Below are positions 35,601-49,480 of a stretch of 64,000 nt of DNA, one piece after another. The translations under genes and the position numbers were made by a program. The DNA comes from Dictyostelium discoideum (Eukaryota). The notes under the pieces were generated by a model. It saw only the letters and a list, made by a program, of their open reading frames with translations, did not search any database and was not told the DNA's origin. Within the stretch, counting starts at the first letter, position 1. Each line of letters opens with the position of its first letter. Location of the stretch: the NCBI GenBank assembly GCA_000004695.1, contig CM000155.2, forward strand, positions 832,001 to 896,000, read 5' to 3'.

Positions 35601-37986
35601 TCCTCTCAAAAGTAATCAATGCACGTCTTCTGAGAATACTTCCTTTCATCATCAACAACAACCAAACTGGTTTCGTACCCCACAGATTCATCATAGACAA
35701 CATCATCAACATCAATGAATTAATAAACTACCTCAAATCTAAAAACCTCCCTGGTATCATCACACTATTTGACTTCTTTAAAGCATTTGATTCTATCTCT
35801 CACGATAGCATTAAAAGAACATTAATTCATATTGGAATACCAATAAAATTAATAAATTTAATCCACAAGCTATTATCTGACTCACAAGCAAAAATTTCAA
35901 TTAATGGTAAAACGACCAGAAAATTCGATATTAAAAGAGGTGTAAAACAAGGTGACCCAATCTCAGCCACTTTATTTGTAATTGTAATTGAAATATTAGC
36001 AAGAACAATAAATGCAGACAATTCAATAATTGGATTACCAATTTCACCCAATCCACAAATTAAAATCAAATTTACCCAATTTGCAGACGACTCTACAACA
36101 TACAACATCAACTACGAACAACAACAACAATCAATCAAACATTTCGATAATTTCTGTGCTTCAACATCATCATCTTTAAATTTTGACAAAAGTGCAATAA
36201 TAGAAATCAACCCCCACAAAATCACTGATAAACACATAATAAACAACATTCCACAATCAAAAAGAATTCCAATAACCAAAAAAGATCAATCAGAAAGAGT
36301 TCTTGGCTATTTCTTTAATCATAATGGTTTACATAGGAAATTACCAGAAACAATGAAAACACTGTTTAAATCATTAGTGCTATGGAAAACTAGTGGTACA
36401 ACATTAAAAACAAAAACAACCATCATAAACACCTACTCACTATCACCAATAACATATTTATCATACCTTGAAGAATTTACAAAAGATGAAGAAATTCAAA
36501 TTAATAAATTAATCTCATGGTTTATGAATTCTCCCGCAAATTCTGAATCACCAACTCTCAATACCAATTCCATTGAAAACAACACATCAACCATCCATTC
36601 ACGTGCAAAAATACCTTTGATGTGTTATGATAGATCATTAAAACCATTAAAAGAAGGTGGTTGGGGTATGTGGAATATACAATTACGTCAAGTTGCTCAA
36701 AAGATTTGGATATACAACAGATTCTTACAAATGCATAAATCTGCAAACAATTCAATATACATGATAAGTTGGATGGATCAAATCATCAACAAATCAATCT
36801 CTTCTCCATACCTTATAAAAATAAAAAAAGAATGGGAAAACTATGCAACTCAAATTGGACATCTAAAAGATAAAGTTCAAATCCTACAACCAATATTAAC
36901 AAAAAACCAACCCTCTCAAACATTAAACACAAATAATATTTCACTACCACCAACACTCAAAGAAATCTACTCGACAATACTAAACAATCACCAATGCAAA
37001 TCAAAAGACTATATTGGCAAGAAATATTCAGATCTACTTCTTACTTCGCACCAACAATCAATACAACTATTATGGAAATACACATACGACCAACTTTTTG
37101 TCAAAATTCAAAAATTAAAAGATCCAAAAGGCCGAGATACAATGCAAAGATTCCATGCTAGATGTCTTCCGATTAATCATCTACACAACAAAGTTTGCCC
37201 CATTTGCAACAATGAAATGAATAATGATCCCTATGGTCATTTGTTTTTCAATTGTCAGCACACAATCAACTTCATTAACCACGACAAATTAAAATATTTT
37301 ATATATAAAAATTGCAATGGAAACAAAAACTGGTCACTAACAAAAAACCAAACAACAAAATTATACACACTCATCTATAAACCACAAACAAACAACAAAG
37401 CATTTAAACCAGATCCAACAATCAATATTAATTTTCATTTTGCAGAAAACGCACAATATAAAAAATACAGGTTCAACTGGAATTATATAAACACAAATCT
37501 TGATCTAGTCAGAACACATGCATATTGGAACATAATCTCATTAGTTATTCACCAAATATGGATATGGTTATGCAAATCATTATTTGACATCAATATAACT
37601 CAATCAATTGATAATTGGAACAACCAAATAAACAACACAACACTAGATTATGATATATTAAAATCAAAATGGCACAAGCTAATAAGATTGGAATATTCAA
37701 GAACTTTATCAAACTTTAACCAATACTCAATTAAAAACAACCTCACAAAAACTCAAAAAGAAACCCAATGGTCCGAAACCATCAAAAAATTTAAAAAAGA
37801 ATGGAGCATAAACACAAATGAACCAATTCCAACAATTACACCACCAATTAATTATTAATTACCTAATCTAAAATATAATACTATTTTAAATTCACAAAAA
37901 CTAAAAAACCTAAAATAAATAAATAAAAATAACATACTAATTGTATACTACAATAGTTTATTTATATCAAAAAAAAAAAAAAAAAA
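32691..37986 (+). mobile_element. Second, divergent TRE3-family non-LTR retrotransposon (TRE3-B/C-like), about 5.3 kb, inserted head-to-tail directly after the poly-A of copy 1
   Basis: - ORF1 is split: 32825..33061 plus a long start-less frame that runs to the stop at 34034. The shift falls near the A8 run at about 33050.
- ORF2 34031..37858 is an intact 1275-aa protein. Its ATGA overlaps the ORF1 stop. It has an APE domain, RT motifs (FADD) and a CCHC knuckle (CPICNNEMNNDPYGHLFFNC).
- ORF2 is about 30-40% identical to TRE3-A ORF2 in the conserved blocks.
- The element ends in A18. Confidence 0.8.
34031..37858 (+). CDS. ORF2 (apurinic-like endonuclease, reverse transcriptase, CCHC) of the TRE3-B/C-like element; intact 1275 aa
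   Basis: Uninterrupted ORF. Conserved blocks: IIAGDFNC, SDHNP, PNKSPGPDG, RRPITLLN, FADDS, CPICNNEMNNDPYGHLFFNC. Confidence 0.85.
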   Translation: MSSKINFITWNCRGFTENPNNQHNSYQKAVDTLQLLISKLPPRPTISILTELNSSPLQLKHDFPDHIISVTKRGNGVIIINHNPNTLKLKHISTIDGRAILADVIFPNQLPIGILGIYAPASNNTIKKNSYATSLQTLLHNHSTNPIPNQSQHVSIIAGDFNCIHNDNSLLDDIIQSYTYQHHLIDQGEFKNTPTHTHGNRLDRIYTQYNRIDPENIYTQVHQIPSSLSDHNPISTTISSPFQINKHKKRWILSPGTANDHEAINIINHLITNHNNTSINQFTNWSKVKSKIIKTLKNYQYNKDKQTQRAKQILLEKAAKFKHLEEQCIAEYNIICNKNKLHQNHTNILKKHINGEIPSKYLSAILNKRSKDAKIESIQYGNIITSDPDQIENAFVEFYTNLYSLQICCPITHQLMLNTWPIIKNEYWNGLDSPFIQEEVEAAIKTCNPNKSPGPDGVTNAFYINHLNQVKPILTTLFNDILENPHHITTEFTEGLIHTIYKKGNPLLISNRRPITLLNTDYKILSKVINARLLRILPFIINNNQTGFVPHRFIIDNIININELINYLKSKNLPGIITLFDFFKAFDSISHDSIKRTLIHIGIPIKLINLIHKLLSDSQAKISINGKTTRKFDIKRGVKQGDPISATLFVIVIEILARTINADNSIIGLPISPNPQIKIKFTQFADDSTTYNINYEQQQQSIKHFDNFCASTSSSLNFDKSAIIEINPHKITDKHIINNIPQSKRIPITKKDQSERVLGYFFNHNGLHRKLPETMKTLFKSLVLWKTSGTTLKTKTTIINTYSLSPITYLSYLEEFTKDEEIQINKLISWFMNSPANSESPTLNTNSIENNTSTIHSRAKIPLMCYDRSLKPLKEGGWGMWNIQLRQVAQKIWIYNRFLQMHKSANNSIYMISWMDQIINKSISSPYLIKIKKEWENYATQIGHLKDKVQILQPILTKNQPSQTLNTNNISLPPTLKEIYSTILNNHQCKSKDYIGKKYSDLLLTSHQQSIQLLWKYTYDQLFVKIQKLKDPKGRDTMQRFHARCLPINHLHNKVCPICNNEMNNDPYGHLFFNCQHTINFINHDKLKYFIYKNCNGNKNWSLTKNQTTKLYTLIYKPQTNNKAFKPDPTININFHFAENAQYKKYRFNWNYINTNLDLVRTHAYWNIISLVIHQIWIWLCKSLFDINITQSIDNWNNQINNTTLDYDILKSKWHKLIRLEYSRTLSNFNQYSIKNNLTKTQKETQWSETIKKFKKEWSINTNEPIPTITPPINY

Positions 37987-37999
37987 TAAATGAAGGCAA

Positions 38000-38013
38000 G
38001 GGTTCGATTCTCC
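38000..38013 (+). promoter_or_regulatory. Orphan B-box-like motif GGGTTCGATTCTCC in the 110-bp spacer between the TRE3-B/C-like poly-A and TRE3-A copy 2
   Basis: Exact B/exB-box consensus with no complete tRNA cloverleaf around it. It lies about 85 bp upstream of the next element's 5' end. Confidence 0.4.
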
Positions 38014-38096
38014 TCTAAAGTTAAAAAAAACTCTTATAAAAACAATTAGAAATAGCTCTATTCCAGAACATTTTTGATATATTATTATTTATAAAA

Positions 38097-41000
38097 CCGT
38101 ACCGCTATCAAGAGGATACAAGATACACGTGAAAAGTAATTCATCCTTTTCTATCCTTAATCTCGGTCAATTTTAACCAATCTTTCGAAAAAAATCACCA
38201 ATCCACCACGATCTACAGATCTAACTTACCAAATCGCCGATTCAAAGGAATCCCATCGAGATGAATTCCTACGCAGACGCGGCTAAAATGGCCAACCCCT
38301 CCACCCATATGGACGAGGCATCGGAGAACTTCATTAAGGAATTCTCCAAAAACAGCAGAGATAAAGGAAACTTACCCCAAACTATCAATAGGCCTCAAAG
38401 ACATCTCCAAATACTGCGAGACCATATTGAACATGACTGCGCTCTCAACCTACGAGAAAAACAACGGATTCTACCCAATTACACTCGAATTCCCCAAAAT
38501 GGATCTCAAGGGGTTAGAAGAAATGAGAAAAACACTCTCAAACTACGATATCCCAATCGACAAGATATACATAGGCAAAGGAACTAGAAAAATGATCCAC
38601 CTGATGATTAAAAAAGAACAATCTCTCCTAAATATCATTAGAGATAGAAGCAAATTGGGAACCTTCATCACCTCCAGTAGAGACTTCCACGTTCTCACAG
38701 GAAGAGTAAGAATTCCCAGAGAAAAGGCAGGAATAGTGGACGCCCTCATCAAAACTGCCTTTGCAGAAGAAATACCCTATGCAATATACAATACTATATA
38801 CTCCACCGACCACCTCATAGTATTCGGTCTAATAGAATGCAAAATAGGCGATCAAATGAAATCTGGCCAACACATTACAGAAATCGCAAACTTTACCATC
38901 AGAACGGCCACCAAAACCTACTCCTCACAAAAGAAAAACAAGAAAGTAGAGACAAACAACACGGAGGAACCATTAGAAGATAAGATGACAGATCCTCCTA
39001 ACACTCAAAACAGGATAGCAATCAAATCCTCTCAACCAAAACCACAACAACAAACAAACAACTCAGCAAACAATCAGTCTGATAAACAATCAACACAAGA
39101 GAAAAAAGCCCAAGCAAAAAAGTCGCTCTCAACCTCTTCCCCCCAAAAACCAAGCAGAATCTCAATCTGTCAAACCCACCACAACCACTACCACAACATC
39201 CAACGCCATCCAAAAAGACAATGCCAACAAAACGAGCACTAACATCCATTCATCCTCGGAAAACAGAGAGAAGACACCAAACATCCCTCCATCACATAAA
39301 CGCAAGAACGAGGAAATCCACTCAAACAACGAGGTCACCCAACTCTCACCAACAATAAACAGAAGCAACCCTTACATCCCATCCACCCCTAAGACACCTG
39401 TCAAAAAAGAAAGGAAAGGAATCATTGAGAGCTTCATAGAGAGTATCTACCCTTCACCATCCAAACCGCAGCTATACGACTCCCAAGAGGAGATCGATAT
39501 CATCTCATAATGGTAGTAATCAAAATCAACCAATGGAATGTCAGAGGTTGGGGCACTGACACCTCCTTCAAAAACAAAACAGACTTTATCAAATCCCAAT
39601 CCCCCCCAAACTCATTGGCACTAACCATAGTCAATGAACTCAACGCCGACGCAACACAAGCACACCAGCTATTTCCTGGCTCCATCATTAGCGCAACCAA
39701 CAGAGGCAACGGAATAGGAATACTAAACCACAACAACCAAAACATAAAACTCTCACCAATATTCATAATAGAAGGTAGACTAATAATATCAGACATTCTA
39801 ATAAAAGATACCACAACGAGAATCTTGGCCATATACGCCCCGGCCCAACCTGATAAAAGAAAAATACTAGCTTCAACACTAAACAAACACTTCAACAACC
39901 AATACCACAACCTAACGTCTAACCCTAAAAAAAACATCGACATCATAGCAGGCGACTTCAATTGTTTAGACTTCAATGACAATCACACATCAAATGATGA
40001 TCAGGCAACTTGACAACACAATCCCCAGATGAGATGGCCACAGTAATCGAAGCCATCAGAATTTCAAATAACCTAATGGATATGGACCAACTAAATAAAA
40101 GACCCACCTTCTCAAGAACGATACACAACACAAACAATAACCTCACAAGAATCTTGGAAAGGAGACTAGACAGAATATACCTTAACAATAGCTTAATCAA
40201 CTACAGCCAATTATACTTAAGGAACCTAATCCCCCCAAAAATTAACGACATACCTCTATCAGATCACAACTTCCTATCAACCACTTTCACTCTACCCAAC
40301 ATACAGATGAACAAGCGCAGATGGAGATTAAAAAAATCCTCAATCCTCTCAAGCATAATGCTTAAGAAAATAGACTTCCTACTTAACGATTATTCAAGGG
40401 AGCTGTCATCCAACCATAACTCTATTTCCTTCTCTCAACTCAACAGCTTACTAAACAAAATAAAACAACTATACACCGAATTTCAAAAACAAAATGACTA
40501 CAACAATAAGGCAAACATCAAAAATCTAATCTCCCTACTAGAGACAGAATTTAAAGACCAAGCCTTCGCAACCCTTTCAGCAATAAATGAATCTAAAAAA
40601 AGAGAAGAACAACTTAAACAAGAATTGAACAACTATTGCGAAGAAACCTCACTCAAGTACATCTCCGCGAGAATCAAGAAAAGACACAATGATTTCACCA
40701 TCAACGCAGTAAAAGATGCACAAGGTAGAACAATTAACAAACAGGAATTGATCGAAGAAGAATACGTAAAATATTACTCAAATCTTTATGACTACAAAGA
40801 AGATGACCCACTATCTCATTACGAAATGTTGGAAAATTGGACAGTGACCAGGGACTCAACATGGGACAACCTTGAAAATGAATTCACCTCACAAGAAATC
40901 CTAGAAGTAATAAAACAACTGAACCCACACAAATCTCCAGGTCCAGATGGAATTCCAAACTTATTCTACATAACACACAAAGAAAAACTAGCTCCAATAC

Positions 41001-43340
41001 TGGCCTCAGCATTCAACGACACTCTAAGAAATCCTCATCTAATTAGCAAAAATTACAAAGAAGGCCTCATTATCACGATACCTAAAAAGGGAGACCCCGA
41101 ACTAATCAAAAACAGAAGACCAATTACACTGGCTAACTGTATATATAAAATCCACTCAAAACTAATAAACAATAGAATAATCCCAATACTATCGAAAGTG
41201 ATCAACCACAATCAAAAAGGTTTCGTACCAGGCAGATTCATTCTAGATAATATCATATCAATGAACGAATTAATCAACTATTGTAATGATAAAAGAATTA
41301 ACGGAATAATTACACTATATGATTTCGAAAAAGCTTTTGACTCGATCTCACACGGTTCAATACTCAGATCACTACAACACATCAACATTCCAACCAATAT
41401 AATCAACCTGATAATGAATCTACTCACCAAATCTGAAGCAAGAATTGAAATTAATGGTAGAACTACTATACCCTTTGAGATCAAAAGAGGAGTTAAACAA
41501 GGAGATCCACTATCACCCACCCTGTTCGTCCTTGTAATAGAGGCTTTAGCTAGAAAAATTTTACAAGATGACCGAATTACTGGCCTTCCTCTAAACAACA
41601 GCAACCACAGAGAGAAATTCCAAAGCTTTGCAGACGACTCGGCTTCAATGGTCCCAGACTCTCAACAACTTGAATTAGTACTACAACACTTCAATTCATT
41701 TTGCAAAGCCACTTCCTCAAAACTAAACATCGACAAATCTTCATCAATTCTTATAGGCAACCCAGACAATACCAACCAAAGAATTCCAATATCTACAAAT
41801 CCAGAAAGATACTTGGGATACTTCTTCACAGGCAAAGGGATAACAAGAAAAATGCCAGAATTATTAAACACAATAAGATCATCCTTAGTACTATGGAAAA
41901 CCACTGACTCAACAATCAAAACCAAAACCAACATCCTCAAAGCATTCGCACTCTCTAAATTAACCTACTATTCATATGTAGAGAACTTTAAGGAAGAGGA
42001 ATTAAACCAAATCAATAAATTAGTCGAATGGTTTTTATCGGCACCAAACAACAAAAATGCTAGTGGATTTCAAGTTATTAATTTAATGAGAACCAAAAGA
42101 GCAAGATACCCACTAAAAGTAGGGGGCTGGAACATTTGGAATATAGAATTGAGACAACTGGCGCAGAAACTTTGGATCATAAACCAGTTCATCCTAGCAC
42201 TAGAAACCAAACAAACAAACTCATCTCATCACAAAAGCTGGGAATATCAGATCCAAAAAAAACAAATTCACATCCAGATACCTAAAAGAAAACTTAGACG
42301 AATGGAACAAAATAAGAATAAAAAAAGCAATCTTCAACAATAATCTCACATCCATAAAAAACGAAAAAGGACAACCACTTTCACTGGCAGAATGGTATAC
42401 CACAATTCAAGACCAAAATCCAACCATCCCTAAAACGGAATTCCAATCATCTCTAAACTTAAGAGGCTACAGCTATAATCAACTCTTCAACAACATACTG
42501 AAGATAAAAGACCCTAAAACAAGAGACACAATGTTTAGATTCCATGCCAGATGCCTTCCAATAAACTACCTTCACAACAAACAATGCCCACTCTGCAAAG
42601 AAGATATGAGCAAAGACCCATACGGTCACCTGTTCTTCTCATGCAAGAAAACAAAACAATTCATAAAAATAAATAAACTCAAAAATTTCATCTTTATTAC
42701 CACAGGCAAAGGTAAAAACTGGCACCATACAAGAATTAGGCAAAATAACAATTTCATTAATAGAATAACTCCAAAATTATCACCGACAGCCAAAAAAGAT
42801 CAAGAAGTGAATGCAGATTACGCCAATCACAGATTCCACAAAGAATACTTTGAATGGAACTATAAAGCAATAGACTATGATCTAACCAGATCATTCGCAT
42901 ATAGAAACCTAATGGCCCTTATCCTCCACAACATTTGGATTTGGATTTGCAATCAAATATACAGTGAAGATCCTTTAACAGATGAATCACTATCATACAG
43001 CTCCCTTCTAAAGAAATGGCACAAATTGGCCACTCTAGAATACATCAAAAAAGCAAAAGATCTGAAAAACTTATCAGCAAAAGACCATAATAACTTCAAA
43101 GATCCTAAGATCCTTCTCACTTCAACGATCAAGCTAAGAAAAACAACAGCTAATTACTATTGTATTCCAGAATCATCTCTCCCTAATATTATATCTTTTG
43201 ATCAATTCATATGATTAAAATAACCCTTCAGCTTAAATGATAAGCCTTTAAATAAATATTAAATAAAACTCGTATTAACACAGATGGACATATATCAATC
43301 TTGTTAATCCAATATTAAAAAAAAAAAAAAAAAAAAAAAA
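38097..43340 (+). mobile_element. TRE3-A-like retrotransposon, copy 2 (full length, multiply frameshifted)
   Basis: About 99% identical to copies 1 and 3.
- ORF1 38261..39510 has a 2-bp deletion near 38340.
- ORF2 39510..43214 has a 1-bp deletion near 39995 and an extra A near 42265.
- This copy lacks the 85-bp duplication seen in copy 1.
- It ends in A24. Confidence 0.85.
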
Positions 43341-44219
43341 TAAAGGAATTCCAATCATCTCTAAACTTAAGAGGCTACAGCTATAATCAACTCTTCAACA
43401 ACATACTGAAGATAAAAGACCCTAAAACAAGAGACACAATGTTTAGATTCCATGCCAGATGCCTTCCAATAAACTACCTTCACAACAAACAATGCCCACT
43501 CTGCAAAGAAGATATGAGCAAAGACCCATACGGTCACCTGTTCTTCTCATGCAAGAAAACAAAACAATTCATAAAAATAAATAAACTCAAAAATTTCATC
43601 TATATTACCACAGGCAAAGGTAAAAACTGGCACCATACAAGAATTAGGCAAAATAACAATTTCATTAATAGAATAACTCCAAAACTATCACCGATAGCCA
43701 AAAAAGATCAAGAAGTGAATGCAGATTACGCCAACCTCAGATTCCACAAAGAATACTTTGAATGGAACTATAAAGCAATAGACTATGATCTAACTAGATC
43801 ATTCGCATATAGAAACCTAATGGCCCTTATCCTCCACAACATTTGGATTTGGATTTGCAATCAAATATACAGTGAAGATCCTTTAACAGATGAATCACTA
43901 TCATACAGCTCCCTTCTAAAGAAATGGCACAAATTGGCCACTCTAGAATACATCAAAAAAGCAAAAGATCTGAAAAACTTATCAGCAAAAGACCATAATA
44001 ACTTCAAAGATCCTAAGATCCTTCTCACTTCAACGATCAAGCTAAGAAAAACAACAGCTAATTACTATTGTATTCCAGAATCATCTCTCCCAAATATTAT
44101 ATCTTTTGATCAATTCATATGATTAAAATAACCCTTCAGCTTAAATGATAAGCATTTAAATAAATATTAAATAAAACTCGTATTAACACAGATGGACATA
44201 TATCAATCTTGTTAATCCA

Positions 44220-44262
<43 letters not shown>
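43341..44262 (+). mobile_element. 5'-truncated TRE3-A-like copy (3'-terminal about 0.9 kb only)
   Basis: It starts inside ORF2 (equivalent to about 31786 of copy 1). It retains the 227-aa CCHC C-terminal ORF (43439..44122), the 3' UTR and the poly-A. 5' truncation is typical of target-primed reverse transcription. Confidence 0.85.
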
Positions 44263-44263
<1 letters not shown>

Positions 44264-47200
44264 CGTACCGCGATCAAGAGGATACAAGATACACGTGAAA
44301 AGTAATTCATCCTTTTCTATCCTTAATCTCGGTCAATTTTAACCAATCTTTCAAAAAAAATCACCAATCCACCACGATCTACAGATCTAACTTACCAAAT
44401 CGCCGATTCAAAGGAATCCCATCGAGATGAATTCCTACGCAGACGCGGCTAAAATGGCCAACCCCTCCACCCATATGGACGAGGCATCAGAGAACTTCAT
44501 TAAGGAATTCTCCACAAAAACAGCAGAGATAAAGGAGACCTACCCCAAATTATCAATAGGCCTCAAAGACATCTCCAAATACTGCGAGACCATATTGAAC
44601 ATGACTGCGCTCTCAACCTACGAGAAAAACAACGGATTCTACCCAATTACACTCGAATTCCCCAAAATGGATCTCATGGGGTTAGAAGAAATGAGAAAAA
44701 CACTCTCAAACTACGATATCCCAATCGACAAGATATACATAGGCAAAGGAACTAGAAAAATGATACACCTGATGATTAAAAACGAACAATCTCTCCTAAA
44801 TATCATTAGAGATAGAAGCAAATTGGGAACCTTCATCACCTCCAGTAGAGACTACCACGTCCTCACAGGAAGAGTAAGAATTCCAAGAGAAAAGGCAGGA
44901 ATAGTGGACGCCCTCATCAAAACTGCCTTTGCAGAAGAAATACCCTATGCAATATACCATACTACATACTCCACCGACCACCTCCTAGTATTCGGTCTAA
45001 TAGAATGCAAAATAGGCGATCAAATGAAATCTGGCCAACACAATACAGAAATCGCCAACTTTACCATCAGAACGGCCACCAAAACCTACTCCTCACAAAA
45101 GAAAAATAAGAAAGTAGAGTCAAACAACACGGAAGAACCATTAGAAGATGAGATGACAGATGATCCTCCCAACACCCAAAACAGGATAGCAATCAAATCC
45201 TCTCAACCAAAACCACAACAACAAACAAATGACCCAGCAAACAATCAGTCTGATAAACAATCAACCCAAGAGAAAAAAGCCCAATCAAAAAAGTCCTCTC
45301 AACCTCTTCCCCCCAAAAACCAAGCTTTATTTCAATCTGTCAAACCCACCACAACCACTACCACAACATTCAACGCCATCCAAAAAGACAATACCAACAA
45401 AACGAGCACTAACATCCATTCATCCTCGGAAAACAGAGAGAAGACACCAAACATCCCTCCATCACATAAACGCAAGAACGAGGAAATCCACTCAAACAAC
45501 GAGGTCACCCAACTCTCACCAACAATAAACAGAAGCAACCCTTACATCCCATCCACCCCTAAGACACCTGTCAATAAAGAAAGGAAAGGAATCATTGAGA
45601 GCTTCATAGAGAGTATCTACCCTTCACCATCTAAACCGCAGCTATACGACTCCCAAGAGGAGATCGATATCATCTCATAATGGTAGTAATCAAAATCAAC
45701 CAATGGAATGTCAGAGGTTGGGGCACTGACACCTCCTTCAAAAACAAAACAGACTTTATCAAATCCCAACCCCCCCAAACTCATTGGCACTAACCATAGT
45801 CAATGAACTCAATGCTGACGCAACACAAGCACACCAGCTATTTCCTGGCTCCATCATTAGTGCAACCAACAGAGGCAACGGAATAGGAATACTAAACCAC
45901 AACAACCAAAACATAAAACTCTCACCAATATTCATAATAGAAGGTAGACTAATAATAGCAGACATTCTAATAAAAGATACCACAACGAGAATCTTGGCCA
46001 TATACGCCCCGGCCCAACCTGATAAAAGAAAAATACTAGCTTCAACACTAAACAAACACTTCAACAACCAATACCACAACCTAACGTCTAACCCTAAAAA
46101 AAACATCGACATCATAGCAGGTGACTTCAATTGTTTAGACTTCAATGACAATCACACATCAAATGACGACCAAGGCAACTTGACAACACAATCCCCAGAT
46201 GAGATGGCCACAGTAATTGAAGCCATCAGAATTTCAAATAACCTAATGGATATGGACCAACTAAATAAAAGACCCACCTTCTCAAGAACGATACACAACA
46301 CAAACAATAACCTCACAAGAATCTTGGAAAGGAGACTAGACAGAATATACCTTAACAATAGCATAATCAACTACAGCCAATTATACTTAAGGAACCTAAT
46401 CCCCCCAAAAATTAATGACATACCTCTATCAGATCACAACTTCCTATCAACCACCTTCACTCTACCCAACATACAGATGAACAAGCGCAGATGGAGATTA
46501 AAAAAATCCTCAATCCTCTCAAGCATAATGCTTAAGAAAATAGACTTCCTACTTAACGATTATTCAAGGGAGCTGTCATCCAACCATAACTCTATTTCCT
46601 TCTCTCAACTCAACAGCTTACTGAACAAAATAAAACAACTATACACAGAATTTCAAAAACAAAATGACTACAACAATAAGGCAAACATCAAAAATCTAAT
46701 CTCCCTACTAGAGACAGAATTTAAAGACCAAGCCTTCGCAACCCTCTCAGCAATAAATGAATCTAAAAAAAGAGAAGAACAACTTAAACAAGAATTGAAC
46801 AACTATTGCGAAGAAACCTCACTCAAGTACATCTCCGCGAGAATCAAGAAAAGACACAATGATTTCACCATCAACGCAGTAAAAGATGCACAAGGTAGAA
46901 CAATCAACAAACAGGAATTGATCGAAGAAGAATACGTAAAATATTACTCAAATCTTTATGACTACAAAGAAGATGACCCACCATCTCATTATGAAATGTT
47001 GGAAAATTGGACAGTGACCAGGGACTCAACATGGGACAACCTTGAAAATGAATTCACATCACAAGAGATCCTAGAAGTAATAAAACAATTGAACCCACAC
47101 AAATCTCCAGGCTCAGATGGAATTCCAAACTTATTCTACATAACACACAAAGAAAAACTAGCTCCAATACTGGCCTCAGCATTCAACGACACTCTAAGAA

Positions 47201-49480
47201 ATCCCCATCTAATTAGCAAAAATTACAAAGAAGGCCTCATTATCACGATACCTAAAAAGGGAGACCCCGAACTAATCAAAAACAGAAGACCAATTACACT
47301 GGCTAACTGTATATATAAAATCCACTCAAAACTAATAAACAATAGAATAATCCCAATACTAACGAAAGTGATCAACCACAATCAAAAAGGTTTCGTACCA
47401 GGCAGATTCATTCTAGATAATATCATATCAATGAACGAATTAATCAACTATTGTAATGATAAAAGAATTAACGGAATAATTACACTATATGATTTCGAAA
47501 AAGCTTTTGACTCGATCTCACACGGTTCAATACTCAGATCACTACAACACATCAACATTCCAACCAATATAATCAACCTGATAATGAATCTAATCACCAA
47601 ATCTGAAGCAAGAATTGAAATTAATGGTAGAACTACTATACCCTTTGAGATCAAAAGAGGAGTTAAACAAGGAGATCCACTATCACCCACCCTGTTCGTC
47701 CTTGTAATAGAGGCTTTAGCTAGAAAAATTTTACAAGATGACCGAATTACTGGCCTTCCTCTAAACAACAGCAACCACAGAGAGAAATTCCAAAGCTTTG
47801 CAGACGACTCGGCTTCAATGGTCCCAGACTCTCAACAACTTGAATTAGTACTACAACACTTCAATTCATTTTGCAAAGCCACCTCCTCAAAACTTAACAT
47901 CGACAAATCTTCATCAATTCTTATAGGCAACCCAGACAATACCAACCAAAGAATTCCAATATCTACAAATCCAGAAAGATACTTGGGATACTTCTTCACA
48001 GGTAAAGGGATAACAAGAAAAATGCCAGAAATATTAAACACAATAAGATCATCCTTAGTACTATGGAAAACCACTGACTCAACAATCAAAACCAAAACCA
48101 ACATCCTCAAAGCATTCGCACTCTCTAAATTAACCTACTATTCATATGTAGAGAACTTTAAGGAAGAGGAATTAAACCAAATCAATAAATTAGTCGAATG
48201 GTTTTTATCGGCACCAAACAACAAAAATGCTAGTGGATTTCAAGTTATTAATTTAATGAGAACCAAAAGAGCAAGATACCCACTAAAAGTAGGGGGCTGG
48301 AACATTTGGAATATAGAATTGAGACAACTGGCGCAGAAACTTTGGATCATAAACCAGTTCATCCTAGCACTAGAAACCAAACAAACAAACTCATCTCATC
48401 ACAAAAGCTGGGAATATCAGATCCAAAAAAACAAATTCACATCCAGATACCTAAAAGAAAACTTAGACGAATGGAACAAAATAAGAATAAAAAAAGCAAT
48501 CTTCAACAATAATCTCACATCCATAAAAAACGAAAATGGACAACCACTTTCACTGGCAGAATGGTATACCACAATTCAAGACCAAAATCCAACCATCCCT
48601 AAAACGGAATTCCAATCATCTCTAAACTTAAGAGGCTACAGCTATAATCAACTCTTCAACAACATACTGAAGATAAAAGACCCTAAAACAAGAGACACAA
48701 TGTTTAGATTCCATGCAAGATGCCTTCCAATAAACTACCTTCACAACAAACAATGCCCACTCTGCAAAGAAGATATGAGCAAAGACCCATACGGCCACCT
48801 GTTCTTCTCATGCAAGAAAACAAAACAATTCATAAAAATAAATAAACTCAAAAATTTCATCTATATTACCACAGGCAAAGGTAAAAACTGGCACCATACA
48901 AGAATTAGGCAAAATAACAATTTCATTAATAGAATAACTCCAAAATTATCACCGACAGCCAAAAAAGATCAAGAAGTGAATGCAGATTACGCCAACCACA
49001 GATTCCACAAAGAATACTTTGAATGGAACTATAAAGCAATAGACTATGATCTAACCAGATCATTCGCATATAGAAACCTAATGGCCCTTATCCTCCACAA
49101 CATTTGGATTTGGATTTGCAATCAAATATACAGTGAAGATCCTTTAACAGATGAATCACTATCATACAGCTCCCTTCTAAAGAAATGGCACAAATTGGCC
49201 ACTCTAGAATACATCAAAAAAGCAAAAGATCTGAAAAACTTATCAGCAAAAGACCATAATAACTTCAAAGATCCTAAGATCCTTCTCACTTCAACGATCA
49301 AGCTAAGAAAAACAACAGCTAATTACTATTGTATTCCAGAATCATCTCTCCCAAATATTATATCTTTTGATCAATTCATATGATTAAAATAACCCTTCAG
49401 CTTAAATGATAAGCCTTTAAATAAATATTAAATAAAACTCGTATTAACACAGATGGACATATATCAATCTTGTTAATCCA

